A stretch of 64,000 nucleotides of DNA from Lytechinus pictus (lineage: Eukaryota), in assembly GCF_037042905.1 (NCBI RefSeq), contig NC_087246.1:1800001-1864000 (forward strand), in the 5' to 3' direction. Positions 26,653 through 40,400 of this stretch are shown here, piece by piece. Below the pieces are notes generated by a model, which made no database searches, was not told where the DNA came from, and worked only from the letters and a program-made list of their open reading frames with translations. Position 1 is the first letter of the stretch. Each line of letters starts with the position of its first letter. The position numbers and the translations under genes are program-made.

Positions 26653-27048
26653 CAAAGTCTTTTTTCCAGACCCGGTTAATAAAACATTAATGTACAATTC
26701 CAAAGTCTTTTTTCCAGACCGGGTTGTTTCAAAATTGTAATATACGTCCAAAGTCTTTTTTCCAGACCCGGTTAATTCAAAAATTATAATGCAAGTCCAA
26801 AGTCTTTTTTTCAGACCCGGTTAATTCAAAAATTATAATGCAAGTCCAAAGTCTTTTTTCCAGACCCGGTTGTTTAAAAAATTATAATATACATCCAAAG
26901 TCTTTTTTCCAGACCCGGTTGTTTCAAAAATTATAATATACATCCAAAGTATTTTTTCCAGACCCGGTTAATTCAAAAATTATACTGCAAGTCCAAAGTC
27001 TTTTTTTCAGACCCGGTTGATTAAAAAATTACAATATAAGTCCAAAGT
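26653..27048 (+). repeat. ~49-bp minisatellite (~8 units) inside the foldback element
   Basis: caaagtcttttttccagacccggtt + aattcaaaaattataatgcaagtc-like remainder, repeated. Confidence 0.9.
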
Positions 27049-27749
27049 ATATTATAATTTTGAAACAACCGGGTCTGGAAAAAAGACTTTGCACTTTTGT
27101 GCTATATGAACGCATTACTATAGGATTTTAGTTTAGAACAGGTTCGCCAAAAATCCCTTCAAATTTATTACATTTGTGGGTAAAGTCATTATTACATTTG
27201 TGGGCGATCAAAAATTATTACATTTGTGGGTAAAGTGCATTATTACATTTGTGGGTGAAATTATTACATTTGTGGGTAAAGTGTTATTACATTTGTGGGC
27301 GTTATTACATTTGTGGGTAAAGTGTTATTACATTTGTGGGCGTTATTACATTTGTGGGTGCAACAGGGACCAAAAAACATTTTTCACCGAAATGTAAGGT
27401 CATTTATTATTTCGATTGTGAATGATGTATTTTACTCCATCATAAAAGACCAAAGATAGTAGGGGGACATTTGATATTGTGTCCCCCTACTATTTTTGTT
27501 AGGGGGACGCTCCCCCTGGCCCCCTGGGATTTCTCCCCATGATATCTGATTAGGAGCCCAGGGGACCGTGATTCAAAACGCAAACGATATTTGACAGATA
27601 CTCGCTTGAAAATTGATAGAACTTTGGTTAAGATGACAACAGTCTAGTGTGACCCGACAATCCAGTCAAAATCTATCTAGGTACGTTTAAGAATAGTTGG
27701 GTTGGTATTAGCTTGGTAAGCATGGAACGTCTAGACCTATCTCTTGCTG

Positions 27750-27850
27750 TAGTCACACCACTGAAACCGACTCCAGACCGATCAAAGCTATTGCGTTATT
27801 TCAAATGTCACATCGTCGGTCGGTTTTAGTCGGTTTCGTTGGTGTGACTA
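27750..27850. repeat. ~100-bp hairpin / mini-MITE
   Basis: tagtcacaccactgaaaccgact / agtcggtttcgttggtgtgacta. Confidence 0.65.
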
Positions 27851-27974
27851 AATGGTTCTCAGGATCCGAGGGTCGCGGGAGGCCAAACCGATGAGAAACA
27901 GGGGTGTAATAAATAGGATATCAGATCACCATAGGGACGTAGCCCCTTACCCCCTTTGACTCGATATAAATAGA

Positions 27975-28359
27975 TAGGATGGGAGAGGGGTGGGTGCTGG
28001 TGAATGGATGTAGAGAGAGAGAGAGAGAGGGGGGAATGGGGAGAGAGATTGAGAGGGAGAGGAAGAGAGAGAGGGGGAGGGGGAGGAGGGTGGGGGGGGG
28101 GTAAAGAGACATATTAATTTGATATAAAACGATCTCTTCCTGTGCACGTGGGAACTAATCAATGTCAGCATTGAGCATTAGACCACGTTCTGTCACATTA
28201 ACCATACGAATATAAGGTTGTAAAGAAAAGAAAGTACAAAATACAGAAATGAGAGCAGATATGGGAAAGGAAGCTGGATGTAAACGTTACCCAATGAAAC
28301 AGGTTTCCAACATAAATAATAATAATAATAATAATACAAGACGCACATACCCACACCCG

Positions 28360-28406
<47 letters not shown>

Positions 28407-28470
28407 TAGGGAACGAGGGGGTCGAGGGGGGGGGGTGATGAGGTGAAAGAGGAGAGGGCGTGAGGTGAGG
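27975..28470 (+). repeat. Purine-rich (GA)n, (AAT)n and G-run simple repeats
   Basis: (GA)n at ~28012-28075 and 28363-28398, (AAT)n ~28315-28336, G tracts. Confidence 0.85.
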
Positions 28471-29455
28471 TGACTGGAGCTCATTTAATTAACAAACACT
28501 ATTATATAAAAATGCCCGTTTGCTTTGTACTGTTGTATAATATACCTTCATTGACCTATAAAAAACACCACAAAACCAAACAAACAAAAAAAGCCCCACG
28601 GAAGCCCCTATCAAACTTTCCTTATGATCTAACTCCCTGTATGCATCCGATCATCAATTTTTCATCAGTTAGATCAACTCATAACAACATCCTTCTCATT
28701 TCTTTCCAAAATTCACGTTTGTTATCTCACACTTTGAGTCACCAATTTAGCAGTAATTAGTCTAAATTTGCCAGATTTTTGCCCTTTTCCGTCTAGTGCT
28801 CGAGTTACGAGTGTCTCAACTAATTGATGATTTCCAAATGTCTGTCTTTGGAACATGTTTATTGGTGGCAAGAAGGTGTAGAGGGAGGAGCATGGTGTAA
28901 GCAATGAAACAGATGAAGATGTAAAGCGATTGTACACAGTGAGCAGATAAACTATTTTACCAACTTTTATATGTTTTTTTCAGAAAAAAATCAAACAAAA
29001 CTCTGAACTTTGTGTTGGAGTATTTTTCTCGTATTATTTTGTATATATACGATTTTCATATAATATCAATTTAATCTTAATTTATAATCTTAATTAATTC
29101 AACATTTTTAGTTTTTTTAAAGTTCTTAATTGCTTAGTAGTCTTCCACTTGATTATCTTACCCCCTCCCCTACCCCTATCCCTACTCACTTCTTACACCC
29201 TTCCCACCTCTTATCTATTCGAGTGACATTCATCCATTCTCATATTTGCCTGGTAATAATTACATATATCCTTTCTAACCAGAATAGAAATTAGACGAGC
29301 CCTTATACGAGCTTGTACCTCGCAGTTCAAGTACAAATCAAAGTTTACTGATATATATCTAGCACTAGTCGTGTTTTTTTCACAATGGTATGTACATGAA
29401 ATGAAGTTTGATTTTTGAACTGAACATGATGGGCATCAGACATAACATCGGTATC

Positions 29456-29716
29456 CACTGGCGGATCCAGGGGGAGGGAGGGGGTGGGGGCACAGCCGGC
29501 CCGTGCCCCCCTTTTGAGAAGCAAAATTAAAATTTGTAATGTAAAAATGCCGTTGAAACAGAAGTGTGCCCCCCTTTTGAAAGTGAAGACCTTTTTTTTT
29601 GCTTGTAAATTTTCGGGGACGCAATATCCTTCATTTTTGGTTAAAAACTTTTTTTTTTTTTTGCCCGTCAAATTTTTCCACGGAAAATCCTTTGGAAAAT
29701 CCTGGATCCGCCCCTG
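29456..29716. mobile_element. hAT-like MITE
   Basis: cactggcggatccagg / cctggatccgcccctg; perfect 8-bp TSD TCGGTATC. Confidence 0.85.
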
Positions 29717-30099
29717 TCGGTATCGTATCATTTCTAAACAACCATGTGATTAGGGCGTATATAACCAGGTCCTTTTTGTATTACAATTCAAAATCTAATT
29801 TATGATAATAAATTCGTATTAAAATAGAAACTCGTATACCCCCCCCAAGGTAGCAAATCATAGTCATCACTTAGTACACCTACTCTTACTTTTTCATATT
29901 TTCTAGAGATTCGATGTTTTAGGAGAAGAAAGTATGAATTTGACATGAAAACTTAAAAACACCTAAGAGATATGGAGCACGACTCCATCGAAAATCTAAG
30001 AAAACCTGGGTTGCACATTTTTTTCTGGAATACCGGACGGTATACATGGTATATGTACCTGTTACTGTGCGATTGCGGTTACGACATGGGGAGCGGGGA

Positions 30100-30401
30100 T
30101 ACCCCCTCCTAATGACGTCATAACCAACTTATTATTATCGACATCCCTAGTTTGCCTCTGTCTAACCATGGACCGTAAGCTGTTGGTTTTCCAACACCGA
30201 ACAAATAATACTCTTTGGGGGATTTCGCCAATGAGATTTCAACAAGCTTTGTGAGCAAATAACATAGGATCATAATTCAGATCATATTCCTTCCGACTCA
30301 GATCTACTAGGCCTATCCGGCAATCTATAGCTTTTCTTCAATATCTATACTTATTATTTTATATACCAATCTGAATTGAGCTGCACAAGTTTTGAATAAC
30401 G
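30100..30401 (+). promoter_or_regulatory. Candidate promoter and non-coding first exon of gene 2
   Basis: CRE palindrome TGACGTCA at 30113-30120, locally more CpG, strong G|GTAAGT donor at 30402; the ATG exon at 37288 has an acceptor and so needs an upstream exon. Confidence 0.35.
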
Positions 30402-33265
30402 GTAAGTGTTAAGCTATTATATGGTGCTGTAATTTTACATTTTTTAAAGATTTGTGTCACATAAATGATCTTAATTAGATGTTTGTATACATTTAGCTGA
30501 TATATATTACATTGTCATAGATCGTCCGATTATCTCAGCTATTTATTTATTTTTTCACTTCAAGTTTATGCCAGGATTTATAACACCTGTTCTGATGTTA
30601 TGTGGTTTCGTATGAATTGAGTCAGGGGTGATTTAGCGTATGTTTGGAAGGACCATTGAATACTGTGCTCTGCTTTTAGAAAGATGTGAGTGAGCAAAGC
30701 GAACCGACAATCGGGTTTTGAGGAATCATCTTAACTGCATTATTGGCTAATATTATGGAGATTTTTCAGTTAAAACTGGTTCGCGAGCCTAGGGCATCAT
30801 TTCAGTATACATTATAGATTTGAATACATACAATGAAAATTGCAGTTTTTATTTATTGCTTAAATAAACAGTTACCTCTATCATTCTGTTTTACTTGATA
30901 GAATCCAACTAGATTTCCGTTCACTCTGAGAAGTGCTTTAGCCCATAAATCGATGCGTAGCACCCAATACTTGGAATCCACCTTCCCTTTATATAATACG
31001 ACTTTGTAACAACATTTTAACATTTTTAAAAGGAATATGAACGATTTATTTCTTTCAAAATACTCTTAATGATATAATCTTCATAATCATTCAGGTGCAT
31101 GGTAATGTATTTGATTTTTCTTAAGATGTGAACGATATTTATTTCCTTATCTTAATATGCTTTAGGGGCAAATTTAAGTTTTTGCTTTAGATTAGGTTTT
31201 GTTTCTGTTACTATATAAAAACTGTTATTTCGAGCCTTGTTATTTCAACTAATTACTTATCTATATTTAAGGGACTCTGTGCACGCGCTTCAAACATATT
31301 TTGTTTATGCTTAATAAGGTATTCTCATCTTTGTAATATTATTTTGTTGTCAATGTGAATATATTTTTTACATGGTAGAATAAACAAAATATCAAGCAAA
31401 TTAATACACAGAGAACCCAGATCACCAGATGACGGGGCCATACTATCGCCCCTTTAAACCTTTTAAAAATAATATTACTCTTGTGTAATTCGATACAAAA
31501 TAAAATCACGAGGAAAGAAACATAATACACTGAAGCGTGAATGTTGTCAAATTGACTAAAGCCTGAAAAGACTGGGTATTTCCATGCCCATGGTGCTATT
31601 GTTTACCCAACCTATTCAAATTCCGAAATGTTCTAAGCTATTTCGGAACTTTTTTATTTTACCACATCACATTTTCTCCCACTATTTCACTCTAGGGTTG
31701 GGGCTAAGATTTTGGAGAAGTTTATTAAAATGGGTGTATCCTTGTACCGCTTATTTAGATGACTTTTATTTCATAATTTCCAATACGTTCTTTTATTCAT
31801 TACATAAATTATATTGCATTTCGTTTCATTTGGCAGTGTAATGCCCTTTGCACGCTTTAACACTCTTATGGCCTATCACATTACAATGACAGTTTTGATT
31901 CATAATCGCTTTGTAAGATATGTGTCATACCACACTGAATTCAAACTTTAAAATGAATAATCAGTAGATATACCAAAACTAGAGGTTTGGATAAAAACAC
32001 CCCTAGATCTATGGCGAAAATGAAAGTATTCATTCGCAAGCAATAATCATGATAGTATCTGGCATAAAGAGGTACTTGTCATGTTTGTATGCGGCATGAT
32101 TGATCACCTAACTCGCGAATGTGGGTGTCAATTTGAACTTTGTTCCTTTTCATCTGTTTGACTTCATATTTGATTTAGTTAATGTTCAGACAGGCAATCA
32201 TTACAAGCAGGCTTCATTTGTTTAGGAGATGTAATGGAAGGTGTTTGGTGATCATAATACTCTTGGTTATAATACTCTTTTCAATTTTGAGAATATAATG
32301 CATATGAGCGATGTATAACAGAGTGTATACAATGGAATTAAAAAATATTAGAAATAAATAACATAAAAAAAGCATGCAAATAATTCCTTCAAAAGTTCGG
32401 ATAACGATCATCAACAACTCAAATTAAAATATAGGTAATTAAGTTTATTTAGGATATGATATTATCGCACAAGGTAGGCCTAATAATGAATCTGATAGAT
32501 TAAGTGATAATGTGCACGCAAGGATGACCATAGAAGGAAAAGATATGGGATCCATATGTCAAACCCCGGAAAATTATTACGTAATGCTTGCTCGATATGG
32601 TATAGAAAAGGAAAGTGTACTTAACTAAAAACAAGGAGCTTCCAAGCTCCTTGCTAAAAGTTATAGCACACTACAACTAAATCAAGACATATTGCATGCT
32701 GGGTAATAATGTACATGAGACAATCTGTCATATCATTTTATTGTCTGACTAATAAATAACAATCGGAGTAATATGTTTTCTCAATCAGACTTGAAGTTTA
32801 AATTACCGTGACCTTTCATCCCCTTCTATCGATTCATTTGCGGGTCGTTGAAATCATAATATTGTTGGATAAATATAACACTGCAGACGTGTCCAAAGTT
32901 CACATAATGTATGTTCACGTATTAATGAATGTCATCATGAACTTTATAAAGCTCAATCACAATGATGGTAATATAAAATTATCTAGAGCCATTGCATTGG
33001 TATGCTTTGACTATAATCAATATTATTGTCAATAATCATAAAGGTTCCTTGAATTGATTAAATTTTTCAGAAACAAATATTTACTCTTGCAGACCTAAAT
33101 GTATGTATTGGTTATTTTGGAGGATTTATTTCCTCCATTGGAACCTAAAATATATCAATAATAATTGTCATGGACAATTCAAAAGGAGGAGTTTTTTGTT
33201 TTGATTTTTTAAGGAATATACAATATGAACTATTTTTGTATTCTATTATGATCTTCAGTGATTTA

Positions 33266-33348
33266 GGGTGCGTTTATGCGCCACTTTTTTTAACCCTAGA
33301 ATCATGATCTGAATCATCATTCTGGCCTGGAGTCGCATAAACGCAGCC
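33266..33348. mobile_element. 83-bp Tourist/PIF-Harbinger-like mini-MITE
   Basis: TTA|gggtgcgtttatgcg ... cgcataaacgcagcc|TTA. Confidence 0.65.
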
Positions 33349-33824
33349 TTACATAATGAATGAAATATAAAGTGTAAAAGTAATCTGTTTTTATGTTAAT
33401 ATTATGATTACACAAGTACTTTTCAACTCCACTCTTTTCGCAACGACCCCATAATCACAGGGGATTTCGCCCCTTATGATTTATCAAGGAAATAATAAAA
33501 CAAAAACAAAGATGAGGAGAAGGAGATAACGAAGGGGAAGAAGATGAGAGGAGTTTAAAAAAATAGTGTTGGTCGTGTAACTCCATGCTACCCCTAATAT
33601 TCAATTGATTATAAAAATATATATTCCTTTCCTGTCGTCTCGCTCCTTCAAAACTGAAAATAAAAATTAGTAGTAATAATGAAACTTTGCGTTCTCGCGC
33701 CAGTTTAATAGCACTAAGTCATTTTGACTAAATGTACCCATTTTGTTTGGATTTGGTAAAAGCTAAAACACATATCATACCGGTTTAATCGTATGCAACG
33801 CAATTAACATGTAGGCCTATACCC

Positions 33825-34082
<258 letters not shown>

Positions 34083-37000
34083 TTCTTGATAGTTATCACT
34101 TGAGTAAAATGTATCCAATATTATAATACGTTAATTACTCATCAACATGTTGTCTTACAGTTTCCTTGGTAATATTAGGACCTGACCCAAGGTTCACTTC
34201 CTTTCTCACGTTTGAGAGCTTCCGGTTTGAATAAATTCAGTATTTCAGCTGGCTCGTTGCTCATAGCTACCTGTTTTTCACTACTAACTATGATATGCAT
34301 AAATTCTGTGCAAAAATTCATTGATAAGAGAAAGTATGTGATAATTAAATGTTGTGGTATTACTCTTGATGCATATTGTTTATTGTTCAAGTTTAGTATT
34401 ATAAGAATTTGACCTCAATCTTAGGAGTATAACACTACGCTATGCACACACAATGTTCATGTTTTGTACTCCTTTTCACATCTTTCTTTAATTTAAATGA
34501 TTCGGTTAGTTAAAACTCCTCCCAATATCATACTCATGAAAGATATTCATCCTGTTCATGATATTAAAACTTGTTGTTCTTGCATACCTGTTCATATTCT
34601 CCGAGCCGCAAAACCAAGGTTGACGTCATTGCTCATGACACGAATAAAACAACAAGAAGACATAGTAGACTGTTGTACCTTTGCCATCGGTAAAATCAAT
34701 TATGACTTCCTTCCCTATGAATAATACTAATTAAAAAAAACTTTCGTCAGCTGTGATGATCAGTGAAACATTAAAATGATTTTGATCTAATTTAATTTGA
34801 ATTTATTTCCGTTAAAAACGAATAACATTTAAATAACACGTGTTAAATTAACACAATGAAAATGGGAGGATAACCCTATATACTCAGTAAGATTAATCAT
34901 GGTGTAGTTGATCTACCGTGTAGCGGTCCTCATGCAAAGCTTTTAAAAAAGACACAACCTATAAACGTAATATAAAACATACAAAGATAAAATACAAAGA
35001 CATAGGGAAGTCAATCCAAACGGTCATAACTTTTAACCCTTAACCCTTTAACAAAACGTATATCGTAATTGAAAACAAAAATAAGTAGTGAATTATTATA
35101 GAATTTCCATGTCAGACCCCATTGGAGATGTGTATATTGGTAACATTAACTACATTATTGAAAGAACTGTGCGTCATTTCATTAGAATATGTACCCTTAT
35201 ATCATGTATATTTGAAAACATTCTTCTGCAGTATTCAGTTGGAGGTTTGGAAGAGACACATTTTGGTGAGAGGAAATTGAAAGATAACATATTATGCAAA
35301 TAAAGCAGCAGAGTTATTGCCAAAGGAAATGCTAACACCTCAGGATGATATATATAATCTTTTCTATAAAAAAAACTGATTCTGCTAGTCATGGCGTCCT
35401 AATTCTTCTTTATAAAGTCTGAGAGGGAAGGGAAACATTGGAATCCTTCCTATTGCTCAGAGCTTCTATTTTTTTATTATCACGCATCATAATCGAATAT
35501 AGAAATATACATGTTTGTAAGGTGAATGAAATCGTCTTCGTAATGTATAATTTAATAATATGCGAGATTAGCCTCGTGAAAAAAATGCATATTCCTTAAA
35601 ACACTTTCTTACGACGCTCATTAGAATATCAGTTCTAGATCACACGTATTTGTATTTTTATGTTTTGCTTATTATTGTTTGTGGTACCTTTTCACAGGCA
35701 AAAAAAATTCAAGTATAGGCCTAACAATAGCGAGTTCTAGGGACATAAAGTAGCCATTGTTCTAGCCTAGCGATCTGAATAAAGGTGAAAGAAAATTATA
35801 TTTCACAATAATACTCAAAGTAAATTGGATTTATGATAGTACTATGAATGTAATATTGAATGTAGTGAAAGTGTTTTGTTTGGTCTATTCAACTGAAGTT
35901 TGAATGCCAAAAGAGGGCGACATTCATTATCTGAAAACTTTGATCATTGAACTTTTGTCAATGACTTCCCCGACACATACCACGTTAAATTGTTCACAAC
36001 ATGATATTCTATTGGCTTATGTGCAGTTGTCTGGCGTATATATTCCATTGTTATAATTCGTAAGATAGAAATTGGAATCATATATTGCACTTTGCATTAT
36101 CTCTATAATATTCATGACTTAATCCAGAACCTTGATGTGTTCACTCTCTGGTTCTATGAGCCTAATTACAACAGGAAGGCTAAAGATATTCGTTCGACCC
36201 AACCCATTCGAATTTTTATCAATTTGATATTGCTGATTGACATAAGTGTATGAATATAATTGAAAATCTAACACTGATTCTAGAAATTGTAACTACTGAA
36301 CTTCCTTTGCCCAAATTGGGAAGGTATATCAATGACTTTGGAACTATTTTTTGACTGGCGGGAGAATTAGGGCTATTTTACTGTTTCAGTTGATAAATTT
36401 GATCCCATCATAGTTATCTTCATAAATGGCGATTTATTTTTTAAATGAGCTGGCTACAATACCCTTCTCTGGTCAAATATGGAATGTCAAATATATATAT
36501 CCTATCCAATGGTAGTAAACATTCGACCCTCTAATTCACGTTTATTTATGGGGAATATTTTACGCGCGTCACACCCTCTCTGTTTCCAATTGTATTCCCC
36601 TTTGTCGCCCTCTGTTGTCCACCCTTCATCTACCATTCTATGTGACATGTACGAGAACAGATGAATGGGACAAAGCAAAGTCGGCTAAAATTTATCAAAG
36701 AATCTAATCTAATATTAAATATTTGAAGAAAAAAAATCACCAACGGTTAAAACCTGCTTTAGCGACGATTTGTTATGTTATGATAGAAATTTGGTTTCCT
36801 TTGACTGTTTTCCCCTCATCGTTCCCATGTAGGCCTATAATGTACCTGATAGAGCCTGGATATCTACCACTTGCCTCTTTATCATGATTGACAAGTTATA
36901 AAATGTGTATTTTGATTATGGAATTATATTTCATTTATTTATTTTTACGAAGTTTACAATATAAAGTAATATGAAAACTTGCTAGCCACGAACGGTGTCC

Positions 37001-37327
37001 CGTTTTGGTCAATAAATCTTATGATAAATAAATATATATATATTAATTAATTCATATGCATTTATTTCGTTCATATATTAAAAATAACATTTAAAAACAT
37101 ATTGATGTATGAATATGCTAGAAATAGAAATAATTTATGAAACGAGGAGACAGCTTAAAAGGCAGAGAAGGAACTTGTTTATTATTAAGACCGTCTACTC
37201 ATAAAGACCTTTTTTTTCTTCTTGTTTACCTTGGTTATGCATTCTTGCTTCACTAAATTTCACTCTTATATATATTTCTATTCACAGATTTATTTTGCAA
37301 CTCTCTTGTAAAGGATAAAAAGACAAG

Positions 37328-37421
37328 ATGGGTAACCGTTCATCTAAGAAACACGCTAAGATGACAGATGACGATGAGGGCGCTATACCGTCAAACGATT
37401 CGGACTCCACAGGAAACAAAG
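37328..37421 (+). CDS. Gene 2 first coding exon (exon begins 37288), N-myristoylation-type start
   Basis: ttcacag acceptor, aagATGG context, MGNRSSKK (Gly2, Ser6), AAG|GTAGGT donor phase 1. Confidence 0.75.
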
Positions 37422-40400
37422 GTAGGTTTGTATCTGTGTCCGGGGGGGGGGGGGGGGGGGGGTTCTACTGGGATATATATATTATTTTGTATTTCATTTA
37501 TGCAATGACATGTAATTGATAAATAGAAATATACTAAACATGATCATGGTGACTAACGACCCATCTGCGTCACTGAAATTGGCATGAATATCAAAATTAA
37601 TTTCAGCCTAAGTTTTTGTCTATTTTTTTGATATTTCGATTCTTATGAAAATGTCATATTAAAACTGTTGGCCTCCCTTGGTCTTTACGTATGATGTATA
37701 GCTAACTCTCATATGCCTGCTGGCGCGGCGCGAACAGGCCAATGGAAAACTATATATTGGAGCTCAATTTATCAAATATGTATGAGTTTCCATTTGAACC
37801 TCAACACATCTGTGCTAATTTACCCAAGCTGCGATACCAGCGAATACCTACCATTCTCGAGATTTATAACGCATCCAACCATGTTTTGAAAATACACTTA
37901 AACAAGGTTTTTGGCAATACTAGTTAAGTTCCTTGGAAACAATTTTATTTTGGTTCGTCTTCGCCGCCCCTGAAATCAAGTCTTATCTCGGCTCATTTCC
38001 TCGCGTTATGTTCAACGGCCAAGTTATGCATTATGAAGATGACCTTTGATTTCTATAACTTTCTTCATAAGAATTATCACCTAGCAGACATACTTGTTAT
38101 TGTACTTTCGTTGATGAGATTATTTTCATCCTATCAATTCAATCAAATCGTCATATCTGTCACGATAAGTTGGCAAAATTGGATACTATAATTTCCTGGA
38201 GTCGTGTCAAATCATCTGCAGACCTTTCCGCTATAAACTCTTCCGATTTCTGCATGGCAATAAATCTCTATATATGATCAGAAAAGTAAGAGGGTAGTGG
38301 CGGTAATGGGTCTTCTTCTATGTTAAGCTATTGTTTTTGTTTTGTTTAAAAACAATGCTTTTTATTTACCACAACTATATTCAAGTGCATCAATCCGCCC
38401 CCAAATTATGAATATTAAAACGTAATCAGTCTCTTAAATTCTGCAGTCATGTAAAATTTATACCTAATATCTAACATGTCTAATTTAAAGGATGATCTTC
38501 ATAAGCTTCATCATCTTCATCATACTCTTGGATATGTATTCTGATAAACTTTGAAAAGATCTTTGCCAAATACATTTAGTCGATTATATTTTGTCAAAAA
38601 GTTTTATTTGACTTCGATATGATAGGCCTCTGTTAGACCCAGTGTGGGTATTTTCTTCCAATCATTATTATCAAGACCTTATAGGTGGACCCATGGGTGC
38701 CGTAGTTCTGTCATGTCTGTAGGCTTGTTATAGGAATGGATCCTAATAGGTTCCACGATACAGGCATGATAGGTTTTAAATCATTTACCAAACCTTTCCG
38801 ATATGAAACTAATTCAAAAGCTTAGAAAAAGAGTTAAAAATAAAATATAATGATCATGATTTGGCATCTTTTATGGTTCATGCTTGGCACACGAAAAATA
38901 GATAAGTACCAGTGAGAGGTCTTGTGAAAAACTTTAAAGTTGGTCATCTTCACGTGAGCCAAGTAGCACTTCATGGGTCAAATATTTTCTGATTGCCATT
39001 TTTACTTTTTCTTTTTAAAGAAACTAACCACCATTAAATTCAAAACCTATTTTACAGGTTTATGGCCTACTACACTCGATTGATAAGTATCCTTACATAG
39101 GTTTCAAATACTGAGAAAGATAATACTTTTAATTTGAATAGTTGAATTTGTAAGATTTGATTCCTTTAAATGAGTGGATTGAAAAGAAAAGAAACCAATG
39201 CAATGTCAAGCCACAATCTGTATTATCTATTGCAGGTGGGACGATTTCTCATTTATCTGAATGCATTGATTTACTTTATTCATAATCTGTCAATTGTTAT
39301 ATACATTAAGCCAGATACACAGTAAAAAAATAGCAGATTCCTGTCACTCTAATAGTATTTGTTAGTGTGATTTAGTCGTCATTGTTTAAGAAAACTTTGC
39401 CGATGGGCGATGACAAAGTGAAATTACGTTCATAAAGTATAGTCGAAGATTATTTTCAATACCATATTATAATCTGTTTAATTTGTCTATGTCATCTTAT
39501 GGATAAGTTAGCACCGATGCGCATTCTTCATGTTTTTAGAAATTGAAAGTTAATAATCTTTCAGTCATTGAAAAATATGGTTTCAATGCGCTTTAATAAA
39601 TTCTAATTTATTCACACTTTTGAAAATTTGAAAAACCAAAAGTAGATTGACATTACGTTTAATCTGAAGTGATAATTAGTGTACATGTATATATTCATTA
39701 ATCTCAAAATGGCACCAATTCATCTAGACAAGAAATGCGTACATTATTGACTTGGATATGTGGGCGTATTCATTTTAGAAGTAAAACCTTTGTATAAGGT
39801 AAATGTCGTATACATGGATGAACGAGGGGGGGGGGGGGGGGAGGGTGCTATATCAAAATTGGTAGTTAAGCTCAAAATCATGATGGGCATGATGTAAAAA
39901 TGATGATAATTTGAACAATATCATGCGACCCGTCATGACGATAGTCAAGTGGACTATATCTAAGGTGCTTCTACGATGAGGCAGCCAAGGGCAAATTATT
40001 TTTTTTTCTCCAACAATAGAATATATTAAAACGATTTGCCCGATTGTATACAATAAGTTCATATCGATGAGTTCCATAGAAATGATAGCTACTTGGAACA
40101 ATACGTCACAAAACCCGAAGGATATTATTTATTTGCCATCTGATGGTCAAAGAAATACCGACCATCTTTGTAAAACGAATATCCTTCTAGCATTTACATA
40201 ATCTTAACTGATTCCAATTTAAAGAGACTATCTTATTGACAACCTTTGTGGCATTAGCATTCTAGAATATTATGACATCATAATGCGATTTCCCTCTCAT
40301 ACCCTTTCTTCTCTTCCCTCCCTTTCTACCTCGGGTGAAAAGAAAAAAAAAATGAGTAGGCGGGGATTATGCATGAACGAAAATCAATGATCGGCGAATA

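Larger units (their letters stand above)
22410..27366. mobile_element. Foldback (TU/FB-like) element, ~1 kb when empty, with tandem-repeat terminal arms
   Basis: Termini ctgttacac.. / ..gtgcaacag; 10 left and 9 right mirrored copies of cccacaaatgtaataa; inner inverted domain 26581-26677 / 27067-27163; probable TSD GGA. Confidence 0.85.
22366..27541. mobile_element. Outer hAT-like MITE (~215 bp when empty) hosting nested insertions
   Basis: TIRs catgggcggaaatc / gatttctccccatg; perfect 8-bp TSD ATATCTGA at 22358-22365 and 27542-27549. Confidence 0.85.

Noticed and set aside
26653..27048. CRISPR-like repeat/spacer appearance (25-bp conserved block + ~23-bp variable block)
   Set aside because: The 'spacers' are homologous to each other, there are no cas genes and the context is eukaryotic; it is a minisatellite.
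22345..27397. Mirror-image ORFs 22345-22641(-) and 27176-27397(+) with ITFVG/LLHLW repeats
   Set aside because: They are translation artefacts of the foldback arm repeats.
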